The notes: generated from the sequence alone by a model not told the origin. 64,000 bases of DNA from an uncultured Nitrospiraceae bacterium (GCA_963706325.1 CAVPLT010000004.1:896001-960000); one strand, 5' to 3'. Shown: positions 40,528 to 53,225, counted from the first letter of the stretch. Numbers and translations: made by a program.

Positions 40528-41940
40528 ATGGAGCAAGAACGCATTCTCGTTGTGGACGATGACGAAGGATTATTGCATCTTCTGAAAATGCGGCTGTCGG
40601 CGATGGGATTCTCAGTGACACCCTGCACTGAGGGACATGATGCGATCATGGCTGCCCGCCAAGAATCGTTTGATATCGCAATCACTGATTTGCGGTTGAG
40701 GGCTGAGGACGGGCTGGTATTGACCGAAGAACTCCTACAAATTCAGCCCGGACTACCGGTTATTATCCTCACGGCGCATGGGAGTATTCCTAATGCAGTG
40801 GAGGCCATGCAACGCGGGGCCTTTGGCTATTTGACTAAACCATTTGATGACAAAGAGTTGAAAGCCACCATTGATAAGGCATTGATTCAGCTTCGTATGA
40901 CCCGCGAGATCCGGCGGTTGAAATCATTGGTAAAGGAGCTGTACGGCCTTGAAAACGTCGTTGCAAGAAGTCCGGCTATGCAACGATTGTTTCAGCAGGT
41001 GGCTCAGATTGCCGATTCGGATGCCACCATTCTTCTGACGGGAGAAACGGGAACAGGCAAAGAAGTATTGGCTCGTGTGCTCCATGCAAATAGCCGTCGA
41101 TCGAAAGGGCCTTTTGTCGCGTTAAACTGTGGCGCAATCAGCGAGACTCTTTTTGAAAGTGAGTTATTCGGCCACATTCGTGGCGCATTTACGAGCGCCG
41201 TGATAGCGAAGCAAGGGCTCTTCCAAAGTGCGAACGGAGGAACTCTTTTTCTCGACGAAATCGCAGAAATGTCCTTGCCGATGCAGGTCAAACTGCTTCG
41301 CGCCGTACAGGAGCGAGAAGTGCGCCAGGTCGGTGCCGACTATACGACCAAAGTAGATGCGCGGATCATTACTGCCACCAACAAGGATCTTGCGGATTGT
41401 GTGAAGGCGGGGACATTCCGTCATGACCTCTACTATCGCGTCTCCGTCGTTCCCCTTGCCATTCCTCCATTGCGTGAACGCAGGGACGACATTCCACTTC
41501 TTGCGCAACATTTCCTAAAACAAAGTGCAAAACGTTCTAAAAAAGACGTGCGGGGATTTACACCAGCCGCCATGCATCGACTCATGATCTATCCTTGGCC
41601 GGGCAACGTGCGAGAGTTGGAAAACGCCGTCGAAAAGGCCGTGGTAATGTCGCGGCAAGACATGGTATTGCCAGATTTGCTCCCAACGGTCGGAGTCTCC
41701 TCAGACCTGGGATTAAAGCCGTTAACCGAGGCGAAGGAAGAGTTTGAGCGATCCTACTTACGAAACGTGCTTCAGATGACGGGGGGGAACATTTCTCGAG
41801 CAGCTCAATTCGCGGGTCGTTATCGAGCCGATTTTTACAAGATGCTGAAAAAGTATGGCTTACATCCGTCGATGCTGAAGGCACGTGCGGAGGTTGAGGA
41901 CCAGGATTTGGCTGAAGTAGAAGAAGTCAAAGAGATATGA
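40528..41940 (+). CDS. Sigma-54-dependent response regulator, GlrR/QseF-like
   Basis: Receiver with LTAHGSIPNAVEA, GETGTGKE, ESELFGH-x-x-GAFTSA, WPGNVREL, C-terminal HTH. Confidence 0.92.
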   Translation: MEQERILVVDDDEGLLHLLKMRLSAMGFSVTPCTEGHDAIMAARQESFDIAITDLRLRAEDGLVLTEELLQIQPGLPVIILTAHGSIPNAVEAMQRGAFGYLTKPFDDKELKATIDKALIQLRMTREIRRLKSLVKELYGLENVVARSPAMQRLFQQVAQIADSDATILLTGETGTGKEVLARVLHANSRRSKGPFVALNCGAISETLFESELFGHIRGAFTSAVIAKQGLFQSANGGTLFLDEIAEMSLPMQVKLLRAVQEREVRQVGADYTTKVDARIITATNKDLADCVKAGTFRHDLYYRVSVVPLAIPPLRERRDDIPLLAQHFLKQSAKRSKKDVRGFTPAAMHRLMIYPWPGNVRELENAVEKAVVMSRQDMVLPDLLPTVGVSSDLGLKPLTEAKEEFERSYLRNVLQMTGGNISRAAQFAGRYRADFYKMLKKYGLHPSMLKARAEVEDQDLAEVEEVKEI

Positions 41941-41955
41941 CTGTGAAAGATACGA

Positions 41956-42294
41956 CTATGAATGAGGATGCGATGTGCACAAATAATGTCTTATAAGACG
42001 CTCCAATTTCTTCGCCGATTCGTGCCGAATCTTTTTTATCTGAACGCCAAAATCTCGTCCACTGACCCATTGTACGATGGCCTGATCGACCTCTAACGGC
42101 CACCTTGCAGCCTGAAGGTCCATTCGCAATGTGAGCAGCATGCCTACCTGAACTTGATGATCTCCTTGAATTCGCCATCCTCCAGAGGAAATATCCCAGA
42201 CCGTACCTTTTCCTAAAAAATCTTCAGAGAGATAGAATCCAGTCCCGCAGAGTGGCACTCGTTGGTAAGTTCGAAGTTTAAAGTGCTTCGGCAT
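41956..42294 (-). CDS. PilZ domain protein
   Basis: RTYQR (RxxxR) and DISSGG motifs. Confidence 0.8.
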   Translation of the reverse strand: MPKHFKLRTYQRVPLCGTGFYLSEDFLGKGTVWDISSGGWRIQGDHQVQVGMLLTLRMDLQAARWPLEVDQAIVQWVSGRDFGVQIKKIRHESAKKLERLIRHYLCTSHPHS

Positions 42295-42343
42295 GGTCAG
42301 CGATCCCCTAATAAACGACTCAATAGCCGCCTTCGGTATTTCT

Positions 42344-42709
42344 TCACGACCCCATGGCCCCGATGACTTCGTTGCCATTACTCCAGACCGATGCCCTATT
42401 ATGGACAAAGCGCGCTCGCACGAAGTGTTCAATCCGACATTGTTGGTCATGGGTAGTGCGAATAAATTCGAGGCCGACTCGAGTGCCGTTGACCCATCGG
42501 ACAGCGGCTAGGGAGACCTGCAACGGAGTCAGAGCGTCGGGCAAAAATAGTCGCAATTGCACATAATCTCCTTTAAACATTTTCTCGGAACTTTCCAAAA
42601 GACAGCCTGGAAGCGAAATATCGAGAGCTCGCCCTTCACCCATCGCGCTATCGCCGGCAAACATGACCGCGCAGTCTACCTCTATTCGATGACTGTATCT
42701 GGTTTGCAT
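42344..42709 (-). CDS. PilZ domain protein
   Basis: RYSHR and DISLPG motifs; AAVRWV...GLEF; AAGGAGG RBS. Confidence 0.85.
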   Translation of the reverse strand: MQTRYSHRIEVDCAVMFAGDSAMGEGRALDISLPGCLLESSEKMFKGDYVQLRLFLPDALTPLQVSLAAVRWVNGTRVGLEFIRTTHDQQCRIEHFVRARFVHNRASVWSNGNEVIGAMGS

Positions 42710-43272
42710 GGTGCCTCCTTGCTTCCCTGACATCGTTCCAACGAGGGAGCCGTATCAATATAGAGTCCGACAGTATTCTAATAGCGGTCGGAGGCCTAGT
42801 CCCCGAAGTTGGTACCACTTTAGAGGTGCGTGATTGTATCTTCTGTCACAAAGTATATGACGGGTCTCAGCACACGACGGTAAAAGCGGAATAAACGCAA
42901 CTGTGGATTTTGGGGAGTCTTTGCGAAAAAAAGTAAAGCTGTGAAGCAATCTTAATCCTCCTAGGAGTTTGTCGTGTACGACGTTCGCCAGGACGACTCT
43001 GAAACCACATCAGCGAACGTTTCCAGAAGGTCAAGTGCCTACACACCTACTCAGCGTGAAAAAAAGACGCACGCGCATCAACGTTGACCGTACTCCGGCG
43101 GCTTTTGACGGGTGCGGGAATTTAAGCAGCTGGTTGCATTCACCGAGGAGGTAAGACTCTGATGAACGAGATTCTCTATGTGGAAAACTCGCTCCTTATT
43201 CTCAAATCGCGCAAATGGCTTGCGAGAATAGGTTACTTCTGTGGTAGCGTGAACAGGCTAGGTGACAGATGC

Positions 43273-43449
43273 CTATGATTCCTTCGCCGGCACTTTCTTC
43301 CCTTTTATTCGCGCTTCAAACAAACCGATCGCAATGGCTTGTTTCCGGCTCGTTACTTTTTTGCCACTTCCGCTTTTGAGCTTCCCTTTCTTGCGTTTAT
43401 GCATCGCTTGCTTGACCGTTTTCTGAGCGCCCTGGCTGTATCTCGCCAT
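43273..43449 (-). CDS. Small basic DUF6496-like protein (58 aa, below ORF-track cutoff)
   Basis: MARYSQGAQKTVKQAMHKRKKGKLKSGSGKKVTSRKQAIAIGLFEARIKGKKVPAKES; GGAGG RBS. Confidence 0.8.
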   Translation of the reverse strand: MARYSQGAQKTVKQAMHKRKKGKLKSGSGKKVTSRKQAIAIGLFEARIKGKKVPAKES

Positions 43450-43465
43450 CTTCTCCTCCCTTTCT

Positions 43466-43642
43466 TCACTCTAGTTGGGACCGTGAAGGGTCCGATACCT
43501 CGTGCAGTACCGCTCCGGAAGTTTCTGCATTCAGGCCATCGACGATAAGGTCTCCCAAGGATACGATCCCGACCGGTTGTTTCGTTCTCGAGAGAATGGG
43601 CAATCGCCTGATCTGTTTTTTGGCCATGAGCTCCGCGGCTGC
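43466..43642 (-). pseudogene. C-terminal remnant of a CBS-domain protein
   Basis: AAELMAKKQIRRLPIL...VGIVSLGDL...AVLHEVS; in-frame TAA immediately upstream. Confidence 0.65.
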
Positions 43643-44826
43643 TTACTTGCCCTGCACCTTTTTCATTGTCACTCGCCTTCCCGTTTATCTTTACGCAGAT
43701 GACGAATGAGACCGACTAGGAAAAGCCCTGGCGACTGGACAGCCAGATCGCCGCGAACATCAACAAATTTCAGGATTCTGGACGGGAAGGCGTGCCCCTC
43801 ACGCTGCCTGAGCAACCGTCGGACGGTACTGAGCGCTCCTTGGACGGGTAATTCGCGCATGACATACAGCTAACGCACTTTATGGTGAGGCGTTCGAGAG
43901 GCCCCACGATTGCCGCAAGACTTGTATCCCCTGTGTGGCTACTCCCAACTTCCACATCCTCTTAGTACTTATCGAAAGAATGATCGAACCCATCGCCATC
44001 CGGTACTACGACACAGCTAATAGGCCAGGGCCAATTGCACTCACTCAATTGGTCCATTAACCGTAATCTACAGGATTCCGTCAAGCTTCATGAGGGTGCA
44101 ATCTGGATCGTGACAATGATGTAGCTTTCGGTTTCGTTCGAAACTACTTCACACCCATTGCTCGCCAAAATATAACCATCGCCTGGGGCTGTTCGGGTAA
44201 TGGGGACACATTTTAACCACAAGCCTCCTAGTCGCGACCGCAAATCTAAGTAATAGCGGACATGCTTGTCCTGGATCTGGCGACACCTGTCAGGTATCTC
44301 GTTTGGTTCTTTTTTCTAGTTCCAGTTCAACTCCTTCTCGCTTACCCAGGTGCGCACCATTCCATTCTCTGTTGTTGGGCTCTGCACCATACGCACCTTG
44401 CTGGGCCTTAAAAATTTGCCAGCTAATCCACTGTTTAGCTTTGTAGTGACTGACCGTTCGGCTCAAATCGCTCTATTCTTGTCGAACGCCGTCTTTCTTG
44501 CGGCTGCGCCAATGGCGAAAGTTTCGGAGGACAGAGCAGCAGGACGTTCTGAACCTGCGCATCGCCCCGATCCTGGCCGGCGCCTTGTCGCTGGTTGTTG
44601 GGCGTATATCAAACCACGAGGCTTTTTCAAGGAATCGGAGCGAGCGCTTTCCTTTGGTCGAAATGTTCCCTTTCGATGAGCAAACCAGTGTAGTTTTTAA
44701 AGCAATGCCTGGCTGAACCCATCATGCGCGCCTCATGGGCGCACGGAGGTCGTGAGGGATGGAGTTGAAATCGCGTCCAACTCTCTGTTGGAGGCTTGGG
44801 AGCAAAATAATGCTGATTGGGAAAAG

Positions 44827-45905
44827 ATGGGAATAATCTTGTGGGTGTTGCTGGTTGAAGATAGTGAGGACGATGAGCTGCTTCTTCAGCGGGCGTTGAT
44901 CCGGGATGGCCACACACCTTTCATCAGACGCGTGGACAGCTCAGACGCCATGCACGCGGCCTTGTGCGATGAAACGTGGGATCTCGTACTAGCCGATTGG
45001 AATCTTCCTCGATTCAGTGCCCTCATCGCATTGGAAATGATCAAGCGTACCGGCTTAGATCTTCCTTTCATTATCGTTTCGGGAATGATCGGCGAAGAAG
45101 CAGCAATCACGGCTATGAAAGCCGGCGCCCACGATTTTGTCATGAAATCCAACCTCGTGAGGCTGGTGCCAGCCATCCAACGCAGAGCTTCGGGCAGTAG
45201 AAGAGCGCAGAGCCAGGCGCCGTGCGGAAGCGGCGCGCCTCGAAGGTGAGGAAAGGTTGAAACTTGTTGCCCGCGCCACACAAGACGCCATCTGGGACTG
45301 GGATCTGACAACGAACGCACTCTGGTGGGGCGAAGGCCTGCACACGCTTTTCGGTTACGGAGTTCATGAGACGGGGCAGGAGGTCGAATTCTAGTACGAA
45401 TGCCTGCATCTTGAAGACAAGGACCGGGTGATTGCGGCGCGGTATGGGGCAATCAACAGCACGAAGGCCACTTGGTCAGACCAATATCGCTTCCGACTGG
45501 GGGACGGCAGATATGCCGACGTCCTCGACCGAGGTTATGTACTACGAAATCAAGAAGGCCTGGCACTGCGAGCCGTGGGCGGCCCTGATCGATCTCACCG
45601 AACAGAAGCGCCTACAAGCGGAGATGGTCGCAGCCTATGACCGCCTGCGCAGTCTTGTCTTGCAGATGGAACATACGAAGGAAGAAGAGCGGAAGCGGAT
45701 CGCACTGGAACTGCATGATGAGTTCGGGCAATTGTTGACGGGCCTCAAGCTGGATCTGTCGTCACTGGGCAAACAGCTCGGGAAACATGCAGGCAATTCG
45801 GCATTTGTCGCGAAGGTGGAGGCGCTGGGCGCCCTGGTTGACGATTCAATCCAATTGCTTTGCAAGGTCGCGTCTTACCTGCGGGATGACACTTTACACT
45901 CGTGA
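44827..45905 (+). pseudogene. Hybrid receiver-PAS-HisKA_3 kinase, frameshifted and lacking the ATPase domain
   Basis: LLVEDSEDD...AMKAGAHDFVMK; PAS-like DAIWDWDL and YRFRLGDGRYADVLDRG; EEERKRIALELHDEFGQLLT, then an early stop. Confidence 0.75.
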
Positions 45906-46448
45906 ACGGATAGGGGGCTTCGATGCGTACCTCAAAGAATGTCCTTCACCTGCCCGCCGCCATGCAGCCCGGGAAATCAGGAATTATTTTCTAACACCGT
46001 CCGTCGCCTTCTGTGCACGAATCCAAACTCAACCCTTTACATGCGGCGTAGTTTTCGCATAAGGTCCCTCAGAGGGTTAGGCGACCGTACGTAGAAGACG
46101 GTCTGGTCCATCATGGTGACAGAGTGTGTCGCAACCTGCGGCGCGCTCAGTCATCCTCCGTCGATTGAACAGGCCGGCGCTCCCTCCTTGTCTCCATTAT
46201 CGAACACATTCCGCTTCGGCACACGGATGGTTCTGTTCGGAACGGTTCCCTCCGCCGGATGCATCGGATACGATCGAATCCTGCAGAGCGGCCTGCGTTC
46301 GTGCAGACGTCCTGACCAACGAGACGGCTCCGGCAGGCCTATCAAACGGCATCCGGGAGCGAGGGGCATGACTGCAGGACCACACCGTAGCTGGTACGCG
46401 AGGACGGATCCGATGTCTCTTGGCGAGGACCAACTGAGGGAAGATGTG

Positions 46449-49190
46449 ATGCAGTGGCACAGCCTTGAGGTCAAGGAGGTGATTGGACGATTAGAGACAA
46501 ACCGGCATGGTGGATTACCTCTGGAAGAGGCGAGGCGACGGCTGCTGCAGTACGGTCCCAATCGTCCTCCCCCACCGCCCAAACATCCGGCATGGTTGCG
46601 GTTTCTCTTACAGTTCCACAATGTCCTGATTTACATGATGCTGGCCGCAGCCGGGATCGCGGCCTTGCTCAGCCATTGGATAGACGCGGCCGTCCTGTTC
46701 GCCGCCGTCATCGTCAATGCCGTCATCGGGTTTATCCAGGAGGGCAAGGCGGAGGAAGCCCTCGATGCGATCAGCAACATGCTCTCGCTGCATACGACGA
46801 TTCTGCGCAACGCCGAACGAACCGAAACGGCCGCCGAGACCGTCGTGCCGGGGGATATCGTGCTCCTCGTCTCCGGTGATAAGGTGCCGGCCGATCTCCG
46901 ACTCATTGCAGGCAAAGGCCTGCGTGTGAACGAGGCGATTCTGACCGGGGAGTCACAATCGGTAGAGAAGCAGGCGATGCCGGTGCAAGCGGATGCCCCG
47001 CTGGGCGATCGCCGCTGCATGCTCTACTCAGGCACCCTGGTCGCCTCCGGTAAGGCGGTCGGCGTGGTCGTCGCGACGGGGATCCGAACCGAACTCGGTC
47101 ACATCAGTTCCATGTTGGCGCAGGTGCAGCAGGTGACGACCCCTCTGCTGCGCCAGATGGCCGGGTTCAGCCGGTTTCTGGCGATCGCCATCGGCCTGTT
47201 GGCCCTCGTCACCTTCATCATCGGTGTCCAGTGGCGCGGTCATGCCCTCGACGAGATGTTCATGATGGTCGTGGCCCTGGCAGCCTCATCCATTCCCGAA
47301 GGGCTTCCGGCGATCCTGACAATTACGCTGGCGCTCGGCGTGCGGCGCATGGCCAGGCGCAACGCGATCATACGGCACCTGCCGGTGGTCGAAACGCTTG
47401 GGTCGGTCACGGTCATCTGTTCCGACAAGACCGGCACCTTGACCAGGAATGAGATGACGGTTCAGGCCATCACCAGCGGCGACCATGGATTCGAGGTCAC
47501 CGGGGTGGGGTATGCGCCGGAGGGCGGCTTTCATCTCGCAGGAACCGCGGTATCGGCCACTGACTATCCCGAGCTGATGAGCGCCGTACGCGCCGCCCTC
47601 TTCTGCAACGATGTGCGACTGCGTAATGACGATGGCGTCTGGCAGGTCGAGGGTGATCCGACGGAGGGCGCCCTGTTGGCGCTGGCTGCAAAGGCCGGCA
47701 TCGACCGGACGTCGGAGCCTGCCACTCTTCCGCGTACCGATGCCATTCCTTTCGAGTCCGAGCATCGATTCATGGCGACGCTGCACCACGACCATGAAAA
47801 TCACGGGTTCATCTTCGTGAAGGGAGCGCCCGAACGTATTCTAGACATGTGTGACCGGTACCGTGCCGGTGCCGTCGACTTGCGGATCGATCAGGATTAC
47901 TGGCGCGGACGAATGAGAGACTACGCCAATCAGGGAATACGCATGCTTGCCGTGGCCGAAAAACAGGCCCCGTCCAGGCAGCATGACCTGCGGTTTTCGG
48001 ACCTCGAACGAGGCTGCACCCTCCTCGCTCTGCTGGGCATCATCGATCTGCCTCGAGAAGAAGCCATGGCGGCCGTGGCTGAGTGCGCCTCCGCCGGCAT
48101 CCGGGTCAAAATGATCACCGGCGACCATGCCGACACCGCGCGGGCGATCGGCTCGCGCATCGGCATCGGCCTCGGTAAATCGGCGTTGACCGGTTCCGAG
48201 GTTGAAACCATGGATGACGCGCAGCTTCGACGGGTCGTGACGGATATCGATGTGTTCGCCCGCGCCAGTCCCGGACATAAACTGCGGCTCGTCCATGCGC
48301 TGCAAGCGACCGGTCAGGTGGTCGCCATGACCGGCGACGGGGTCAACGATGCGCCGGCGCTCAAGTGGGCGGACATCGGGATAGCCATGGGGTTGAAAGG
48401 CACCGACGCCGCAAAGGAAGCGGCCGACATGGTGCTCGCCGACGACAACTTCGCGACGATCAGCAGCGCGGTGCGCGAGGGGCGGGGAATCTACGACAGC
48501 ATCCGGAAATTCGTCCTGTTCATGCTGCCCACCAACGGGGGCGAAGCCCTGGTGGTGACCGCGGCGATTCTATTCGAGCTGACGCTGCCGCTGACGGCGG
48601 CGCAGGTCCTATGGATCAACATGGCCACGTCGAGCACGCTCGGCCTGGCCCTGGCTTTCGAGCTGCCGGAATCCGACGTGATGCAGCGGTCTCCGCGCGA
48701 TCCCCGGGAACCGCTCCTGTCCTGGTTTTTCCTGTGGCGGGTCATGATGGTGTCCGTATTAATGATGACCGGGGCGCTTGGGCTGTTTCTCTGGGAGCTC
48801 CACCAGGGCGCCCGCCTGGAAACGGCGCGGACCATGGCCGTGAGCGCAGTGGTGCTGTCAGAAATGTTCTATTTGCTGAATAGCCGCTATATTTACAGGT
48901 CGGTGTTGTCGAGGGAAGGGCTGTTCGGCAATCGCTATGTTCCGATCGTCATCGCGGCTTGCGCGGCGCTGCAGCTTGCCTATGTCCATACGGGTCCGTT
49001 ACAGATGGTGTTCGGGTCAACCGATTTGACCGCGCTCGAATGGCTCAAGGTATGCCTGGCCGGGGCGCTGGTATTTACGGTCGCGGAAACGGAGAAAGCC
49101 GTCATTCGCCTGTTCGGACTCCAAGGCCACCGCTCGACCGCCGATCCGGTTGCAGGACCGGGGACCTCAACCATGCGGGAGCAGACCTGA
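46449..49190 (+). CDS. Cation-transporting P-type ATPase (type II, CtpF/PacL-like); start uncertain
   Basis: [43 protein letters not shown]. Confidence 0.93.
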   Translation: MQWHSLEVKEVIGRLETNRHGGLPLEEARRRLLQYGPNRPPPPPKHPAWLRFLLQFHNVLIYMMLAAAGIAALLSHWIDAAVLFAAVIVNAVIGFIQEGKAEEALDAISNMLSLHTTILRNAERTETAAETVVPGDIVLLVSGDKVPADLRLIAGKGLRVNEAILTGESQSVEKQAMPVQADAPLGDRRCMLYSGTLVASGKAVGVVVATGIRTELGHISSMLAQVQQVTTPLLRQMAGFSRFLAIAIGLLALVTFIIGVQWRGHALDEMFMMVVALAASSIPEGLPAILTITLALGVRRMARRNAIIRHLPVVETLGSVTVICSDKTGTLTRNEMTVQAITSGDHGFEVTGVGYAPEGGFHLAGTAVSATDYPELMSAVRAALFCNDVRLRNDDGVWQVEGDPTEGALLALAAKAGIDRTSEPATLPRTDAIPFESEHRFMATLHHDHENHGFIFVKGAPERILDMCDRYRAGAVDLRIDQDYWRGRMRDYANQGIRMLAVAEKQAPSRQHDLRFSDLERGCTLLALLGIIDLPREEAMAAVAECASAGIRVKMITGDHADTARAIGSRIGIGLGKSALTGSEVETMDDAQLRRVVTDIDVFARASPGHKLRLVHALQATGQVVAMTGDGVNDAPALKWADIGIAMGLKGTDAAKEAADMVLADDNFATISSAVREGRGIYDSIRKFVLFMLPTNGGEALVVTAAILFELTLPLTAAQVLWINMATSSTLGLALAFELPESDVMQRSPRDPREPLLSWFFLWRVMMVSVLMMTGALGLFLWELHQGARLETARTMAVSAVVLSEMFYLLNSRYIYRSVLSREGLFGNRYVPIVIAACAALQLAYVHTGPLQMVFGSTDLTALEWLKVCLAGALVFTVAETEKAVIRLFGLQGHRSTADPVAGPGTSTMREQT

Positions 49191-50081
49191 TGAATATCGC
49201 ATCCGTCATCGTCGCAGTCGATTTTTCAGACCATGCCGGGCATGCCGCCGATGCGCGCGGCCATGCTGGCGGCGGAACAACGGGCGCAATTGGACCTGCT
49301 GCATGTGATCAGCGGCTCCTCGCTGGATAGCCTTCATAATTGGTTAGGCGCGCCGCCCGATGCGGAGGCCAAGCTGCGTGAGGATGCGGAGCGTTCCCTC
49401 AACGAGATGATCCATGACATCGCCGCCAAGAGAAACGTCGCGGCGCGCGCCCTCGTGAAGACCGGTCAGGTGCTGAATCAGATTCTCTCGGCGTCGGAAT
49501 CGTCGGATCTGCTGGTCCTGGGAGCGCATGGATTGAACCCCTTGCGCGATCTGATCCTCGGCACGACGGCAGAACGCCTGCTGCGAACCAGCAAGCGGCC
49601 GGTGCTCGTCACCAAATGCCCGCCGCAGGCGCCGTACGAACAGGTCCTCGTACCGGTGGACTTTTCCATGTATTCCGCCCCCGCGCTGGAAAGGGCGAGG
49701 CAGATCGCTCCCAATGCTCGCATCACGATTGTCCATGCGTTTCGGGTTCCGTTCGAAGGGAAACTCAGGATAGCCGGCGTCGCGGATGATTCCATCCTGG
49801 CCTACTGCGAAGAAGAGCGACAGGAAGCCGTCAAGAATGTTAAGGAACTCATTCGCGGTTCCGACGATGAGGCGCACCGGATATCGTATGCCGTCGAGCG
49901 CGGGAATGTGTCTCGCGTGATTCTGGCCCAAGAAGAGCAGTTATCGGCGGACTTGATCGTCATCGGCAAGCACGGGCGGTCCATGGTCGAAGAATGGCTC
50001 CTTGGGGGCGTCACGCGCCATGTCCTTGCCGGTTCGAAATGTGACGTGCTTGTCGTCCATGAGAGAACAAAGGTCGAGTAA
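49190..50081 (+). CDS. Tandem universal stress protein (apparent +1 frameshift near 49250)
   Basis: [13 protein letters not shown] in one frame joins MRAAMLAAE...LGTTAERLLR...VPVDFS...GKHGRS...LGGVTRHVL. Confidence 0.85.
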
Positions 50082-50090
50082 ATCTCTGTC

Positions 50091-52872
50091 ATGGTACTAC
50101 CGGCCATCATCCTGCTTCCCTTGCTTGCCGCGGCAGCCGCGCTGTGGGCGCAACGTCGCGGCTTCACCGCGGCCGCCTGGGCCGCCGCCCTGCCGGTCGC
50201 CGCAAGCCTGACCTTGCTGGTTGGGAAAGTCCCCGAGATACTTGTCGGCGAAAAATTCCTCATCAGCTGGCCATGGCTGCCGGAGCTCGGTTTCAATTTG
50301 TCGTTCAGACTCGATGGGCTCGGACTTCTGTTTGCGTTGCTCATCCTCGGCATCGGGCTGCTCGTCATTCTCTACGCGCGCTATTATCTTTCTCCGGAGG
50401 CTCACATCGGCAGATTGTATGCGCTGCTCATGTTGTTCATGACCGCGATGCTGGGCCTCGTGCTGTCTGAAAACGTCCTGCTGCTCGTCATGTTCTGGGA
50501 GCTGACGAGCCTGGTCTCCTTCCTGCTCATCGGGTTTTGGACTCACAGCCCTCTGGCCCGCCAGGGCGCGCGCATGGCGTTCGCCGTCACGAGCGCCGGC
50601 GGACTCGCCCTGCTCGCAGGGGTGCTGCTGATCGGCAATATCGCAGGCAGCTTCGAACTCACAATTTGGTTCTCGTCGCGCGAGGCCATCCGGAGCCACC
50701 CCACTTTCAACGTCGCGCTGGTGCTGATTCTTTTGGGCGCGTTCACGAAATCAGCGCAGTTTCCGTTTCATTTCTGGCTGCCTGCGGCGATGGCCGCGCC
50801 CACGCCCGTGTCTGCCTATCTGCACTCCGCCACGATGGTGAAGGCAGGGGTGTTCCTGCTCGCGAGGCTCTATCCGTTGGTGGGGGGGAACCTGGTGTTC
50901 GAGTACGTGACGACCACCGTCGGCCTGACGACCTTCGTGTTCGGCGCCTATGTGGCGATGTTCAGGCATGATCTGAAGGGCCTGCTCGCATACTCGACCA
51001 TCAGCCACCTCGGCCTCATCACGTTTCTGATGGGTCTCGATACGCCGATGTCTTCAGTAGCCGCGATATTTCACATCGGCAACCATGCCACCTTCAAGGC
51101 GTCACTGTTCATGGCGGCCGGTATCATCGATCATGAGTGCGGGACCCGCGATATGCGGCGGCTGGGAGGACTCTGGCGCCGGATGCCGCAGACGACGATA
51201 CTCGCCATCGTGGCCGCCTCGGCGATGGCCGGCGTGCCGCTCTTCAACGGATTTCTCTCCAAAGAAATGTTCTTCGCGGAGGCGCTCGATCTGCAACATC
51301 TGCCCTCTGCTCGGCGGGATGGGCCCGGCTGCCGTCACGCTGGGCTCAATGTTCAGCGTGGCCTATTCCGTGCGTTTCATTCACGACGTGTTCTTCGATG
51401 AGCCGCACGACCTCCCGCACACCCCCGGCAAGCCGCCACGCTACATGAAGGTGCCGGCTGAAGTGCTGGCGATCGTCTGCGTCGCGGTCGGCGTGTTGCC
51501 CGGCTACACCGTCGCACCGCTGGTCAATGTGGCGGCGCGGGACGTGGTGGGCGACGCGTTGCCCGTCTATGAAATCGCGTTGTGGCATGGTCTCACGCTG
51601 CCGTTGCTCATGAGCGTGGGCGCCCTTGCCGGAGGCGTGGTTGTGTATTGGCTGTTACGGCGTCGATACGATCTGCATCTGCATGTGCCGGCGCGTTATA
51701 CCGGGCGCCTGTTGTTTCAGCATGCCTATGATGGAATTGTCGCAGTCGCGGGCCGCCTTACCAGCTCGGATGGCAGAACGGCTCGCTCCAGCGCTATCTC
51801 GCGCTCACAATCGCGACGGTAATCGGACTCGGCCTAGGGCCGTTCCTCGAGTTTGGATTCGTGGCCGGCGAGGCGGAGCTCGACTCCGGTGACGCCGCTT
51901 GCGCTCGTCATGTGGACTGCGGCAATCGCGGCCGCGCTCGGCGCCGTCTGGTTTCATCGCGAGCGCGTCGTGGCCGTCATACTGGCCGGCGTCGTCGGTC
52001 TGGCCGTTTCGGTCGCCTTTGCTTATTTTTCCGCTCCGGACCTCGCGTTGACACAGCTCGCCGTCGAGGTCGTCACGACCCTCGTGATGCTCCTAGCGCT
52101 GGCCCTTCTGCCGCAGTCGGCAGCCGCGGAGTCGACGCGACGGCGAAAAATTCGCGATGCCGTCCTTGCGGTCACGGCCGGTAGCGGCGTGGCGGCGTTA
52201 TCATTGGCTGTCCTGACGCGCGGGCAGGAATCCATTGCCTGGTATTTCCTTGAGAACAGCCTACCGAAGGGGGGCGGGGCCAATGTCGTGAACGTGTTGC
52301 TCGTCGACTTCCGGGGCTTCGATACGTTCGGCGAGATCACCGTCCTAAGCATGGCTGCGATGGGAGCCTGGATCGTGACGGCAGGACTGCGCGTGGAGCG
52401 GCCTGCCGTGATAAGGTCGTCTGAAACGACCGGAATCATGTTCGCGGTGGCGGCGCGACTGCTGCTGCCTTTTATACTCCTCGTAGCCATCTACCTGTTT
52501 CTACGGGGCCATAATCAGCCGGGCGGCGGATTTCTCGCGGGGCTCGTCGTCGCGATTGCGCTCATCATGCAGTATATGGGCGAGGGCCTGCAGCAAACGT
52601 TGGCCCGCATGCGCATCGACTTCAGAATCCTGCTCGGTTCCGGCCTGTTGCTCGCCGGCTTGACTGGTTTCGCCGGCCTGCTTGCGGGCGCGGCGTTTCT
52701 CACCAGCGCAGTAGGCCATCCGCATGTCCCGTTGTTGGGTGAGATTCCGCTTGCCAGCGCCACGGCGTTCGACCTCGGCGTATTCATGGCGGTGCTCGGG
52801 GCGACCCTCCTGACAATGACCGTCCTTGGACAGGCCCGGCGCAGGTTTCCCTCAACCGGCGAGGTCCTGTGA
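50091..52872 (+). pseudogene. mrpA: Mrp/Pha cation:H+ antiporter fused subunit A/B, frameshifts near 51305, 51772 and 51881
   Basis: TKSAQFPFHFWLP-x-AM-x-APTPVSAYLHSATMVKAG; QNGSLQRYL; APDLALTQ; DFRGFDTFGE; RGHNQPGGGF. Confidence 0.88.
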
Positions 52873-53225
52873 TGGAGCTGCTGATCGCCATCGGGCTTGG
52901 GATCGTCACCGCCTGTGGCCTATATCTGGTTCTGCGCGGGCGCACGTTCCCGGTGGTGCTTGGCCTGTCGCTGGTCTCCTATGCCGTCAACCTATTCATC
53001 TTGGCCATGGGAAGGCTGACCACCGGCGCGCCTCCCATCCTCTCACCGGAAGCGACAGGATACGCCGACCCCATACCGCAGGCGCTGGTGCTGACGGCCA
53101 TCGTCATCAGTTTCGGCATGACCGGTTTTCTCATGGCGCTCGCGGTGCGCACCTGGCATCAGACGGGGAGTGATCATGTGGACGGCGCTGAGCCGGCGGT
53201 CTCCAGGCCGGTGGGTGAGCCATGA
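52872..53225 (+). CDS. mrpC: Mrp antiporter subunit C
   Basis: DPIPQALVLTAIVISFG. Confidence 0.93.
   Translation: MELLIAIGLGIVTACGLYLVLRGRTFPVVLGLSLVSYAVNLFILAMGRLTTGAPPILSPEATGYADPIPQALVLTAIVISFGMTGFLMALAVRTWHQTGSDHVDGAEPAVSRPVGEP

Noticed and set aside
45906..46448. yybP-ykoY or Na+ riboswitch upstream of the P-type ATPase
   Set aside because: Conserved motifs were not recognisable by eye; an Rfam scan would be needed.
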